DNA of 64,000 nt. Source: Vicugna vicugna. Lineage: Eukaryota. Shown piece by piece: positions 11,821 through 24,847 of this stretch. Made by a program: the position numbers and the translations under genes. Each line of letters begins with the position of its first letter. Within the stretch, counting starts at the first letter, position 1. The notes under the pieces are model-generated. The model did no database searches. It was given only the letters and a program-made list of their open reading frames with translations, and was not told the origin of the DNA. The stretch is from contig MU058213.1 in NCBI GenBank assembly GCA_013265495.1, positions 2,418,001-2,482,000 of the forward strand. Reading direction: 5' to 3'.

Positions 11821-13787
11821 TTTATTGAAGCACTGTCAGTTACAATGTGTCAATTTTTGGTGTACAGCACAATATCCCAGTCATGCATATATATTCATAT
11901 ATTCATTTTCATATTCTTTTTCATTAAAGGTTATTATAAGATATTGAACATAGTTCCCTGTTCTATATAGCAGAAACTTTTTTTTTTACATCTGTTTTTA
12001 TACATAGTGACTAACATTTGTAAATCTCAAACTTCAAATTTATCCCTTCCCATTCCCTTTCTCTGGTAACCATAAGATTATTTGCTATGTCTGCGAGTCT
12101 GTTTCTGTTTTGTAGATGAGTTCATAGTGTCCTTTCTTTTTTTTTTTAGATTCCGCATATGAGTAATATCATATGATATTTTTCTTTCTTTCTGGCTTAT
12201 TTTACTTAGAATGATGATCTCTAGGTACATCCATGTTGCTGCAAATGACATTACTTTATTCTTTTTTATGGCCGAGTAGTATTCCATTGTATAAATATAC
12301 CACAACTTCTGTATGCAGTCATCTGTTAGTGGACATTTAGGTTGATTCCATATTTTGGTTATTGTACATTGTGCTGCTATGAACATTGGGGTACATGATC
12401 TTTTCGAATTAGAGTTCCTTCCAGATATATACCCAGAAGCAGGATTGCTGGATTATATGGTAAGTCTATTTTTAATTTTTTGAGGAATCTCTATACTGTT
12501 TTCCATAATGTTTGCACCAAATTATATTCCCACCTGCAGTGTAGGAGGGTTCCCTTTTCTCCACAGCCTCTCCAGCATTTATCCTTCATGGAGTTTTGAA
12601 TGATGGTCATTCTAAGTGGTTTGAGGTGATAACTCATTATAGTTCTGATTCACATTTCTCTGATAATTAGTGATATTGAGCATTTTTTCATGTGCCTATT
12701 GGCCACTTGTATGTTTGCATTGTAAAATTTTGTGTTTAGGTCTTCTGCCTATTTTTGGGTTGGGTTGTTTGTTTTTTTGTTACTAAGTTGTTTGAGCTGT
12801 TTATATATTCTGGAAATTAAGCCTTTGTCAGTCACATCATTTGCAAGTATTTTCTCCTGTTCCGTAGGTTGTCGTTCTGTTTTTGCTTATGGTTTCCTTT
12901 ACTGTACAAAAGCTTATATGTTTAGTTAGGTCCCACTTGTTTATTTTTGCTCTTATTTCTATTGCCTGGGTAGACTGCTCTAGGAGAACATTGCTGAGAT
13001 TTATGTCAGAGAATGTTTTGCCTATGTTTTCTTTTAGGAAATTTATCGTGTCTTGTCTTTAAACCATTTTGAGTTTATTTTTGTGTACAGAGTGAGGGAG
13101 TGTTCTAACTTCATTACTTTACATGCTGCTGTCCAGTTTTCCCAACACCACTTATAGAAGAGACTGTCTTTTCTCTGTTGTATATTCTTGCCTCTGTCGA
13201 AGATTACCTGACCAAAAGTTTATGGGTTTATTTCTGGGCTCTCATTCTGTTCTATTGATCCATATGTCTTTGTTTTTGCCAATACCACGTTATTTTGATT
13301 TCTGTGGCTCTGTAGTTTTCAGAGTCTGGGAGGGTCATTCCTCCAGCTTCGTTCTTTTTCTTCAATATTGCTTTTGCAATTCTGGGTCTTTTGTGATTCC
13401 ATATAAATTTTAGGATTGTTTGTTCTATTTCTGTGGAAAATGTCCTGAGTAATTTGATAGGGATGTCATCAAATCTATAGATTGCTTTGGGCAGTATGGC
13501 CATTTTAATGATATTGATTCTTCCAATCCAAGAGCATGGGATATCTTTCCAATTCTTAAAGTCATCTTTAATTTCCTTAATCAGTGTTTTGTAGTTCTCC
13601 ATGTATAAGTCTTTCACCTTCTTGGTTAGATTTATTCCTAAGTATTTGGTTGTTTTGGATGAGATTTTTAAAAGGATTGTTTCTTTACTTTCTTTTCCTG
13701 TTTGATTCATTGTTAGTGTAAAGAAATACAGCTGATTTTTTGTATGTTAATCTTGTATCCTGCTACCTTGCCAAATTCTTTTATCAG
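11821..13787 (-). mobile_element. 5'-truncated lineage-specific L1 (~2 kb), inserted into a MIR
   Basis: ORF 13252-13710 ([42 protein letters not shown]) and ORF 12078-12386 are L1 ORF2p C-terminal fragments; 3' end tttattgaag..gtcagttacaatgtgtc; degenerate TSD attactattttat / attctaattttat. Confidence 0.95.
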
Positions 13788-13800
13788 ATTCTAATTTTAT

Positions 13801-13920
13801 AGATTGGGCATGGAGGCTCAGTGGAATTGCATAACTTGCCCAAAGTCATATTGCTAGTAAGTGGCTCTAATGGAATTTGAATCAGGCAGATCATTTTACA
13901 AGTTTGCTCTATTAACTCCA
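13801..13920 (-). mobile_element. MIR relic; the other half appears to lie at ~11730-11810
   Basis: ttttatagattgggcatggaggctcag...aacttgcccaaagtcatattgctagtaagtggc. Confidence 0.75.
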
Positions 13921-14349
13921 TCATGCCCAATACATGTTCACTTTGAAAGTAAAATTAAAAAGGCATAACTTGTTCTAAGAATCCTAGACGTTAGAATATT
14001 AGAGCTAGAATAGGACAACCACAAAACAATCGCAATGTACACAGTTCCAGGCTGTCAACAGTTATGTTATCTTTTGCTTTAGAGATTATTGAAATACAGC
14101 TTCTTTATGGACAGGTAAGTTTAAGAACAAAATTCATGTCACCACTTAAAGAAAAGTCAGATTTGGGAAGATGCTGTCTTTAATCAAATGTTCAATAAAT
14201 GTCAAACATATCCGAAATGGATCTTGTTTTCAACTTAAGACAAATGGTTGAATTTTAGCTACATAATTAGCCACCATTTGGAACATGCACATTTATAATA
14301 TTTCATGAGCAACAATAAAGAAGAGTGTGATTACTCTTACCTGTGATGT

Positions 14350-14600
14350 TTCCTGTATGTATTCAGTAAATAATTTTTGCATATCTACTTGCCGTAAGTA
14401 CTAGGGATTAGGAGAAAAAAGGTTCTTAGGAAAGTTTTACACAGAGGTGGTATTTTTATCTGGGTCTTTAAAGACAGGTAGATGTTCACCTGCTAGAGGA
14501 ACAGGGAAAAGACATCATTGTCCTAAGAAACACAGTGAACAAAGAAAGGGTCTGAGCTGGGAAAATACATGGTGAACTGAAGAAATGGTGAGTAGAAACC
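14350..14600 (-). mobile_element. L2 relic
   Basis: attcagtaaataattt..., aaagttttacacagaggtggtattt..tgggtctttaaagac are L2 3' region motifs. Confidence 0.55.
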
Positions 14601-14729
14601 ACCCCTGTTGTACACAGACACATTCACACACATACATATTTTGTTACTTTTTGAGAGAGTAATTTGATGCTTTTATTTTCTACATGTGTTTTTTAAATTG
14701 AAATATATTTTATTTTATTTAAAAGAAAA

Positions 14730-15120
14730 TTTACTTAAAATATATTTGACATTTAACACTATATAAGTTTAAGGTACATCGTGTTGATTTGATACATTTC
14801 TGTATTATAATATGATTGCCATTGTAGCATTAGCTAGCTCCTCTATCACATCACGTGATTATCATTTCCTTTTTGTCATGGGAATAACTAAGATATAGTC
14901 TCTTAGCAAGTTTGATGATTATAATATAGTATGGTTGTCTGTATTCACTACACTGTGCGTTAGGTCTCCAGGACTAACTTGTCTACTAGTCTGTACCCCT
15001 AAACAACCTCTCTCCTATCTCCCCACCTTCTAGCCCTTGGTAACCACTATGTCATTCTTCATTTTTCCAGTTTGGTTTTTTAGATCCCACATATGTGACA
15101 TCATATAGATTTTGTTTTCT
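14730..15120 (-). mobile_element. L1MA9-like 3' UTR
   Basis: taagtttaaggtacatcgtgttgatttgatacattt...tctcttagcaagtttg...gcccttggtaaccacta...tagatcccacatat. Confidence 0.85.
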
Positions 15121-17589
15121 GATCTGTCTTCCTAAGTGGTCCCTTTTTGCACAGAAAAATGAACACCAAAGTATTTTTCTAAACAAACAAGTTTCTTAAC
15201 TTTATTATGTTAGCATTAATATTTTTTAATATTAAATATTGAATAATAATCAAAACAGCCATTAAAGTAAGTTTATCTGCAGCATTAGTACCTGTGAAGA
15301 AAACATTAGATACAAAAATAGAATATGAGACTTTGAAGTATTTATGGTCTTGTTGTGGGGCTCGAAGTTGGGGCCGGAAAATGGGTGGATCTTATACAAA
15401 TCATGCTGTGCCCTTCTGTTCTCTTACCTATTACAGAAGTAGGACTTCCTTCAGCCAATATTTAAATGCCAGCATATGAAATCCTCTTAAGCAACTTTTC
15501 TTTTCGCAAGCACCGCTAATAATGTAATTCATTTCTTATTCTCATTTGTATGGTCTTCCATGTCATTCATTAATGGGATGGGTCTACAATGTCCAGTGAC
15601 TTCAAAGGAAAACCTCAGGAAAACTTGAACAAAAGTAAAATGTGGAGGACTTCTTTTTTTCTTCCATCCTAATTCCTATAATTAAATTGTTTTAGATAAA
15701 TGCAGGTGGGAAAAGTCGCTGTGCAGTGTTACGGGGTTTGGAACCTAGAGTTTGTCTACCTACTGTAATACAATGAGAAGATAATAGGGTTAGGGATCTC
15801 GATTCAAGAATAGATGAGACACCAGTACTGAGATGAAAGTGGGTTACAAAGTTCGTAATAAATCCCTGAGAGGAAAGATGAACAGTCGAGTGTCTCCCGT
15901 AGTTCCATTAGGTGGGTCAGAGTTGAAGGAAGTAAGCTGTAACTAGAGAATTTAATTACTGTTCGAAAGGCTGCTGCTACTTTGCCTCAGGATGACTCTT
16001 GCAATTTCTGGCTGATGATTTTCTCAATCAGTGCCCTGCCTTCTAGCTTGAGTTGAAATGGGATTATTTACAATGACTAGTTATTTCTAAATGCAGTTTT
16101 GTTGACTGTAACAGAAAAATATAAAGAATAAAATTAAAATTTTCACTAATTTTACCACCTATATTTTGATATGTACCTTTGCCGCTTGTTTCAATGCATA
16201 TACACGTATACACACATATGTGTATATATGTATGTAAACACACATTTACTTATATACATTTAATATATCTTATGAACATATCTTTTAACAAAATATGGTA
16301 TAATAGCACTTAAAATATAGAAATTTCATTTGCTGCCCTTAAAATATAAGGTTAGAATTTTACAAATTCTTGGAGAACATGATTTTGAATGGCAGCATCA
16401 TTTATTATTGGCTTTTTTTCTGATACAGTTGTCACATGAGGTATATTTTAGTTGCTTCATTGGAACTAGCTCGACTGCAGGTCCAGTTCTCATTTTTGAA
16501 TGATGGTTTGCTCACACAGTACTTTTATAATGACTTCCCATCAGAGGGTGACTGTGTGCAAGGGCTTGTTTTTCCATTAAAGTCAGGCTTTCTTGACTTT
16601 ATGAAATCCATGAGCATCTCTCTGAGTAAAGCCATCCTTCTCAGAATGGGTTAAACTCTGATAACATGGGTAAGGAGTAGTTTTTGGAGGTTTTTTCATT
16701 AATTTTTTATTTGCTTTTTGTCTTTGTTTTTTTGTTTGTTTGTTTTGCTTTAATTATAGGAGGTATGTATCTGGGCTGTATCCAGGAAACTCTCAATCTA
16801 AAAATATTTGCAGTGAAACCATTTGCCAATTTGAAATAAATAATTATAAAGAAATTAGTCATTTGGATGGCTGCCAAAAGAAAATTGGCCAAATAGTGAT
16901 GGGCTCTACAGAGATAGGGTACCTGTGAATTAAAAATAAAGACAATGCAGAACACAAACACACAAAATCATCCTGGGTCCAGAAGCGGGAAATGCTTTGC
17001 TTTAATTTGGGAAAGAATAAAATAGCTTATTCCCATGGAAACAAAACAATTCCTCTCTTTAACAATGAAAAAACCATAAAATTAGACATATGAACTACTC
17101 TTTAAGAAGCGTATTATTTTTAGTTTTTAAAAAAACCTACAAAGCAGATTGCTCTAACAGTACTTACTTATCAAGAATTTGCGCACTAAAATATCTTATT
17201 CTCTGCTGTTGGAAAAGCCAAATTCACAAACCAGTGAACTAAACCAGGAGTCTTTGTTAGCTAACTAACCAGGTTGGAAATGATCTAGTAGAGTAAGATT
17301 TAATGAAACTATACTTTTTCTCCCTATTATATGTGATAGTTTTTTTTTCTTGTATGTAAATACATTTAACTTGCTGTCAGATTTTGTTTACTACATGAGC
17401 CTATAATTTCCAGTTTAAAATGCAAACCTTTATGTTTCCATAAAAATCAGTTTATGGAACATGTAAAATAGTTAAGGAATGGCATAAAACACTGAATATA
17501 AAAATAGCCAACAGTTAATAAATTAAACATTGTGAACCATTTCACATACAGTCAAACAAAATGAGCTTGGTAGATTTTTAATTGTTTTC

Positions 17590-19620
17590 CCACTGATTGA
17601 AGTAGAATTCATTCAGCTTTACATTAAGCCATGATTATGGTTTAGTCGAAAGGAGATTTATTTATTTCATACAACAAGCATTCTCGATACAGGCATTTGA
17701 GGGCTAGCATGGTAACTCAGTTATTACACCAAAGAACAAAGCTTAATCTATCTTCCTGTTCTGACACCTTTAGCAAAGGATATTTTACATCCATGTTCCA
17801 GAGTAATAAAAGAAGTAAAGAGAAAGGTCAGAAGACATTTGCTTACATCTCATTAGCAGAACTGTGTCAAGCAGTCATCTCTAGTCTCAGGGAAACTGGG
17901 CTATTCACCAAAGTAGGTAAGGGAAAGGGGGGCTTAAAAGGTTGTGGAGTGAATGAACCAATAAACCTATGGTATCTGTTACCTTCTACCTCTCTGAGCA
18001 TTTGACATTTATACATAACATTTCTATCTCTGAATGTTCTTGAAATGAAATGAATTCATCCTCTGTCATCCAAGGTAGGTAATCCCCAAATTACATCCAG
18101 TTACTATGTTTAGCTTGAAGTCTGGAATCTTTGGATCATCTCTCCATCAGCTCCAGGTTTGATTCTTTGTAATCCTTATTAGGTCTGCAAGTTAAAGGCA
18201 AGTGGTCATCTTCCAAAATTCCCATTGTATTTTTGGGGAAAGAGAAGAAGATAGACTTTTAACATTGGGGTTATTTTAATTCAGTAAGAACAGAAGTGGG
18301 AAATACATGACTATTGTTTATACATAGTAAATACAGAGTCCTCCTGGACAGGTTACTCCAGACTCCCTGATCCTAGCAACAGAAGTAGTCACTTGACTGG
18401 CCAGTCTGTCGAGCCCTGGTACTTATTTCTGGGTGGATTCCTTTTATCCATTTTTCTCCAAGTCTTTGATTCTACATCTGGTGAGAACTTCCTCCCCCAA
18501 AGTACCAATGCCTGTGTTCTAGGCAAACACTGTGTAAAATGAAAGTAAATGAAAGAGGGCTCTAAAAAGAATTAAAAGGCACTGCACATCTAGAAAACCA
18601 TAAATTGGGAAAATCCAGGTATATGGACATCCTGGTTGGAAGGGGATTCTACTTGGAGCCCACTTTCTATTGCTGTCATTTCAAGGACCCAGAAATTATT
18701 TTAAATATAGCTGTAGCGAGCCTGAGGCGCATTCGGCAGTACTGTTTACTTGGAAATTTACCAGGCTTCCAGGAGGTGAACTTTGACAACAATTTTATGA
18801 GTAACCACATAAGCCTGGAAAATTTAACTCTTTGCTGCTGGCTCCTCTGTCCTGAGCAATTCCTCTCTCTTAACCTAATGGTGGCTGCCTCAGCCCCTGC
18901 AAAACAGCATGTCAGGGTGGAAAGCCATCAGTCTGATGTTTGCCACTAAGTTCCTTTCACTGTCACTCAGAAGCTTCCTGAAGGATGTTTGAAATGTCCT
19001 GGGCAGCAATTTTATCTATTTTTGAAGTTGCACTCCGAAACCTCTGCTTGTAGAGGTGTGTTTTAGTATACAGAAGCAGCTGGCTGTTCTCAACCCTGCA
19101 AGATTCCAAATTATGGTATCCTCAGTCAATTTATATTGCAGAACACAAGCCGAGTGAGCCTCTTGTGGCATAGCTGTGTTCACTTACCTCTCTGCGTGGA
19201 GACTGTCTAGCTGTAGTTTGAGTGCAACTCTACCACAGTACATTTTTGAAAGCAGCAAGATTTAATAAGCACATGCCAACCTTCTGAATTGTGTTCCGAC
19301 CATAGACACTAATAAAAAAGCTTCAGTTGGCACGTGGTCACAGTTCCAAAGCAATAGCAAGCAACAGTTTGACCAGCTGCTTTACTATCGCATTTCAAAA
19401 TGTGTTGGCTTTCAAGCCTGAGGTAATTAAATCTTCATTGTCTGCTCTCATAACTTCCACGGAGTCAGTTCCACATTTTACTTTCTATTATTGCAACTTC
19501 CTTCACTCTTTATGAAATATTACATTAATCAGCATTCTTAGTTGCAAACAGCAGAGTCCACTCTAGTTAGCTTACGTAGAAAAAAATTATTTCATAAATT
19601 CTTAGGTTGCTTAAGAACTT
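17590..19620. mobile_element. Degraded MaLR (MLT1-like) LTR at ~17590-17970, with possible internal region and second LTR start at ~19525
   Basis: gcttacatctcattagcagaactgtgtca...ctagtctcagggaaactggg and taatcagcattcttagttgcaaacagcagagtccactctagttagctt are MLT1-type motifs; the internal assignment is weak. Confidence 0.45.
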
Positions 19621-19951
19621 TTGGAGAGATCGAACTACCAGCCTCTAAAGTGACTGTGTAGAAAAAAAAATGTAGTTTTCTTGGAAAAAACACCATTGCT
19701 ACTGTCAGTTAGTACTTTGCTTTTCAGAACTAAACGCCAGAAATTCTGACAAAGTAAGTACTGACGACCACCAGCACTGCTGCCGAAAGAACCAAACCAC
19801 GCAATGCAGCCACCAGTTTATGACAGTTTAAACCTGAATTTAATGGCAAACGTTGTTTATTTTAAAATGTTCTTCAAAAATAGTTTTATGGAAAAGAAAA
19901 AGAAAGTAGGAACTGAAAAGGCTTCATGAGGGACGAAAAATAGAACCAGTG

Positions 19952-20072
19952 TTTGTAATATAAAACATTAACAATAGTGGGAGACGTGGGGGAACTCTCT
20001 GTATTCTCTTGACAACTTTTTTGTAAATCTAGAATTTCTCCAAATTTGAAAGCTAACTTAATTAAAAAATTA
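19952..20072 (+). mobile_element. Short L1MC-type 3' terminal fragment with 16-bp TSD
   Basis: gggaactctctgtattctcttgacaacttttttgtaaatcta; TSD AAAAATAGAACCAGTG (19936-19951) / AAAAATAGAATCAGTG (20073-20088). Confidence 0.85.
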
Positions 20073-21544
20073 AAAAATAGAATCAGTGAGAAATGTAGAG
20101 AGTTTCAAATTCCCATCAGCAAAATCACAAGTATTTTTATAGGGGCACATCACTGATTATTGTGTTTGTCCTAAATCTATTAATATACATTTTGACATCA
20201 AAAAAAAGTTTCTTTGATTGAATTGTGTAACCTTGCTAAGCCTCAGTTGTATCTGGTAACATCTTAGGTGCTCAGTAAATAATTGCTAACGGTGACTGAA
20301 TGGGTGAGGGCGTAGTGAACTTATAGTAAAAACAAAGGATATAAACCAAATGAAGAAACTTAATGGAAATATGAGCAGTCATTTGGAAGGTATGCATCCA
20401 CCTGGTACAAAATATGACATACTTCTAATAGAAATCTGAAAAGTATCATCTCTCTCCTCTTACTATATAATATGCATACGTACATGTATGAATGCACATG
20501 CAGTACAGCGTACATATGTATATAAACATTTGAGTTACGTACAAAGGGAGGGAAGGGTGATTTTGTGTGTGTTTATGTGTATGTTACACATATGCACATG
20601 TACATGTTATTACTCTTTTAATATAGATTATCGTTTGTGTATTTATTTTAACTGGTTAAAAATCTTTAAATTGAGAACAAAAACTAGAGCCTCAAAAAAT
20701 TCTTCAAAAGGAGACAATATTTTTATCTTGTTAAACAATAGATTCTAGAAATAGATACTGATCTTTACTATCTAGAGCTTACTATTACTGCACCTGTTAT
20801 TTGCAAGTAAAAAAAAAAAATACATTAGGTTTCTGTCTCCTAGGACTTGCCTGAGCTCTGGTGATTTATTTTATCAGAAGATGACAAAAAGGAACTTTCT
20901 TCTATTGTAATGATTTGAGTTTTAAGGTTTGGCAGTGGTAACTATTTTTCTGATACTGTAAGCTTCCTTTCATTCTTTTTTCTAATATAAGAATGAAGCA
21001 GATGGGCTGGTGGTTGGGTTTTTGTTTCTACGTGGGCATTTTTCTTTCTTTTTGATAGTGAAGAAATTAAATTCTTAGCCATTTTTAAATAAATTATGGG
21101 TAAATTGTCACATGTTTTCCCATCTAAATTACCTTGCTACCACAATTTCAGGTGTGTGTTTATATAGTTACCTTTGGAATTCTGAGGAGGTAGAAGACAG
21201 CTGTGATTTTATTCTTTCTGACTGCTAAGTTGAAAAAGCTTTGTTAGCTGCTATGGATATAGTATCGTGGATTAATTCCTCTTCCCTCCCCACCATTTCC
21301 ACCACATTTTACCAATATAATAGCTATGAAAATTGGAAAATTTCTTGATAAATATATTTGTAAGAATAATGAGGATATTTTCCTTCAAATATAATACAAA
21401 GAATTTTATTTTGGCAAAACTTTACAGATATTTTTAATTAGTATTTTTTGGAATGATAGATATATGCTAAAAACTGTCAAGAATAGAGATATTAACACAA
21501 ATAGATCTAACTTCAAAAAGAACTAATGGAATAATGACATTATA

Positions 21545-21720
21545 ACAATAATGGCTAATAGAGATCATACACTTACTACGTCTCTATTACTGTGCTAACT
21601 GCTGCGAGATACTATTTCACTTGTCTTCCATAAACATTTTGTAAGATTAAGATAATAATTAGCTATTATTGCTCCCATTGTACAGATAAAAAAACTGAGA
21701 TTCACAGAGGTTAAGTCCAG
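21545..21720 (-). mobile_element. MIR relic
   Basis: ctattattgctcccattgtacagataaaaaaactgagattcacagaggttaagt. Confidence 0.75.
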
Positions 21721-21766
21721 TACAGATATTAGCTCTCAACTCTATCAGACCCAATGACCTCCTTTT

Positions 21767-21912
21767 TAAAATTGAAGTATGGTTTATTTACAACAATGTG
21801 TTGGTTTCAGATGTACAGAGACGTGATTTGGTTATACATATGTGTGTGTATATCTATATTTTTTTTTAATTTTTCCCATTATACTTTGTTACAAGTAAAT
21901 ATAGTTCCTTTT
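21767..21912 (-). mobile_element. Short lineage-specific L1 3' end
   Basis: aaattgaagtatggtttatttacaa...aatatagttcc; degenerate TSD atgacctcctttt / atgactcctttt. Confidence 0.85.
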
Positions 21913-22409
21913 GACTGATGACTCCTTTTATATAAAATAATTCATGACTTTTTAATGCTGAAACAATATATATAACTTAATCTATCAATATAATTTCAAA
22001 CATACATATAATATTCCAACTATAATATAAAGGAGAACTGAAGGTATTATAATATGTAAGGATCACACACAACGACCCTAGAGTACATGGTTCAGTAGAT
22101 GCATACTTTCACCTGTCGGTAAAATTAACATGAGTGTGATCATTTCAAATGTAGGCTGATCCAAATAGTTTGATTCAGATACTCTGAATGGTTTTGACAT
22201 TGGTGATGAAATTTCTCAAAATAGAAAACAACTCTTGGTAAAATTCTGAACAGAAACCAAAAAAACCCAAAAAAAACAAAAACTTACTTGAACTAGCAAT
22301 TTGCATACTAGTTGTTTGCCATGCAAAAGAGTTTGTGTTTTTATGTAAAAGATTTAAATGCCAAGCTGAGGTGTTTACCAATGGGTTTTGCATCTTCATT
22401 AGTGTCTTC

Positions 22410-22560
22410 CAGTCATTCCAAATTATGGAGACTCTCCTATAGATGGTAGGGTGTCTAAATCCCTTCCCTAGCTCACTCAATGCCAGTAGTGCCTCTCAAC
22501 ATTGTGATAACCAAATATGTCCAAGAAGTTGCCAAAATGTGCTGTGTTAAAAACTCCTGC
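22410..22560. mobile_element. MER20-like hAT-Charlie relic
   Basis: atgccagtagtgcctctcaacattgtgataaccaaatatgtcc...ttgccaaaatgt. Confidence 0.65.
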
Positions 22561-22678
22561 ATTAAGTAGAAATAGTGGAGCTATGATTTACACATTGGCA
22601 TGTCAGACCTCAAATCTTATTTTTATATGTGCTGTTATTACTTTGCCTCGTAGGTTAATGGGAGGGACAGTATACTGT

Positions 22679-23052
22679 CAGGAGTTCCTAAATAATTTCT
22701 GAACCATTAGCCCATTTGACAATCTGGTGAGAAATATGGATCTGTTGTTCAAAACTATGTTTTTAAATGCATAAAATAAAATGTATAGAATTTAAAACAA
22801 AACCAACTATATTGAAATAATGTATTAGTACACTAATGATAGTTATAAATAGCATTTCAAGTTTCGTAATGCTTTAATGTTATATGTAAATAATTGTGGT
22901 TTTATTAGTAGCAAAATTGTACAGATAGTGTTAATACTGCTGTGGCCTATCTTCATAATAGAAGGAAAATAAAGATAAAGTTGTTTTATTTTGTTATTCC
23001 AAGTCTGAGGATGCTCAGAACTCATCCACTGACCTGAGCCTAGGGACTCCTG
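22679..23052. mobile_element. hAT-Charlie DNA transposon relic (Charlie4a-like)
   Basis: atgtttttaaatgcataaaataaaatgtatag...aaccaactatattgaaata; ends caggagttcc ... gggactcctg are inverted. Confidence 0.7.
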
Positions 23053-23348
23053 GGCCAAAGTGAATGCATAAACAAAGTAAATTAGAAGCTCAGGACTGAC
23101 CATCCTAATTGGTTCAATGAGCTGTAGAAGAAGTTACATAGGACAGATGAGTAGCTGATTCTTAAAGAATGATAAGTTAGCAGGAAGAAAGGAAGAAGGA
23201 AGAGTATATACAAAAGCCATAGGGTGAATCAGGAAAGACCATAGTATGTGTGGGCAGTTCTAAGTAGTTTGCTTCAACCAGAGCGGGTAGAAAAAATGAA
23301 CATCACAATGGGCTGAAATGTACAGTTTATTAAAAACAGAAGGATCTT

Positions 23349-23941
23349 TTTTTTTAAACATTTTTTACTGATTTATAATCATTTTACAATGTTGTGTCAA
23401 ATTCCAGTGTAGAGCACAATTTTTCAATTATACATGAACATATATATATTCATTGTCACATTCCTTTCTCTGTGAGCTACCATAAGATGTTGTGTATATT
23501 TCCCTGTGCTATACAGTATAATCTTGTTTATCTATTCTACAACTTTGAAATCCTGTCTATCTCTTCCCACTCCCCGCTTGGCAACCACAAGTCTGTATTC
23601 TATGTCTATGAGTCTATTTCTGTTCTGTGTTTATGCTTTTTTTGTTTGTTTTTTGTTTTTAGATTTCACATATGAGCGATCTCATATGGTATTTTTCTTT
23701 CTCTTTCTGGCTTACTTCACTTACAATGACATTCTCCAGGAGCATCTATGTTGCTGCAAATGGCGTTATGTTGTCGGTTTTTATGGCTGAGTAGTATTCC
23801 ATTGTATAAAAATACCACATCTTCTTTATCACTTTATCCAGTGTTGATGGACATTTAGGCTGTTTCCATGTCTTGGCTATTGTAAATAAGTGCTGCTATG
23901 AACATTGGGGTGCAGGTGTCATCCTGAAGTACGGTTCCTTC
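23349..23941 (-). mobile_element. Young camelid-type L1 3' end (~590 bp)
   Basis: poly-T followed by gatttataatcattttacaatgttgtgtcaaattccagtgtagagcac...tgctgctatgaacattggggtgcaggtgtc. Confidence 0.93.
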
Positions 23942-24108
23942 TTTTTTATATATTTTATTTATTTATTATTGCATTACTTATTTTTTTATTTTGGCAGGAG
24001 GGGGAGGTAATTAGGTTTATTTATTTTTAGAGGAGGTACCAGGGATTGAACCCAGGACCTCCTACATGCTAAGCATGTGCTCTACTACTTGAGCTATACC
24101 CTCCCCCC
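23942..24108 (-). mobile_element. tRNA-derived SINE, camelid (Vic-1/VicSINE-like)
   Basis: Reverse complement reads ggggggagggtatagctcaagtagtagagcacatgcttagcatgtaggaggtcctgggttcaatccc; same family as the 9789 copy. Confidence 0.93.
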
Positions 24109-24574
24109 TAAAAACAGAAGGATCTTGATATAATTCTATTGATTTAGCAAGCCCTTGTATACTTACTGGGATTTTTTTACTTTGTATAATTATACTTGAT
24201 TTAACAAGATTTTATATACTTGGAATTTTTTTAGTGGGACTCTGTGATGCCCACTTTCTCAACATCCATCACAATTAAGTTAGCTTTATATTTATGGTAC
24301 AGAATTTTCTTAGCACGGACATGTCATTACAGGTAACTGTTGTAAATAGGAGATATAGAGAAGATACTCTAAATAAAGATTTCTGACCCATATTTGGTCA
24401 TATCCAGTTCAGTTAAAGGAAATAGAATGGATGGTATAGGATATTCCCTTATTAACATTACTTAACTCATGCACCTTTTTTCCAGTACTCCTGATACCTG
24501 CAGCAGTCCTTGGGAAATCTTATTAATTATGTAACATATGCTATGGCTTTCTGGATTAGGTATATTTGAAATAG

Positions 24575-24847
<273 letters not shown>

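Noticed and set aside
13252..13710. 152-aa ORF on the minus strand
   Set aside because: Fragment of L1 ORF2p in a 5'-truncated, disrupted element; not a host gene.
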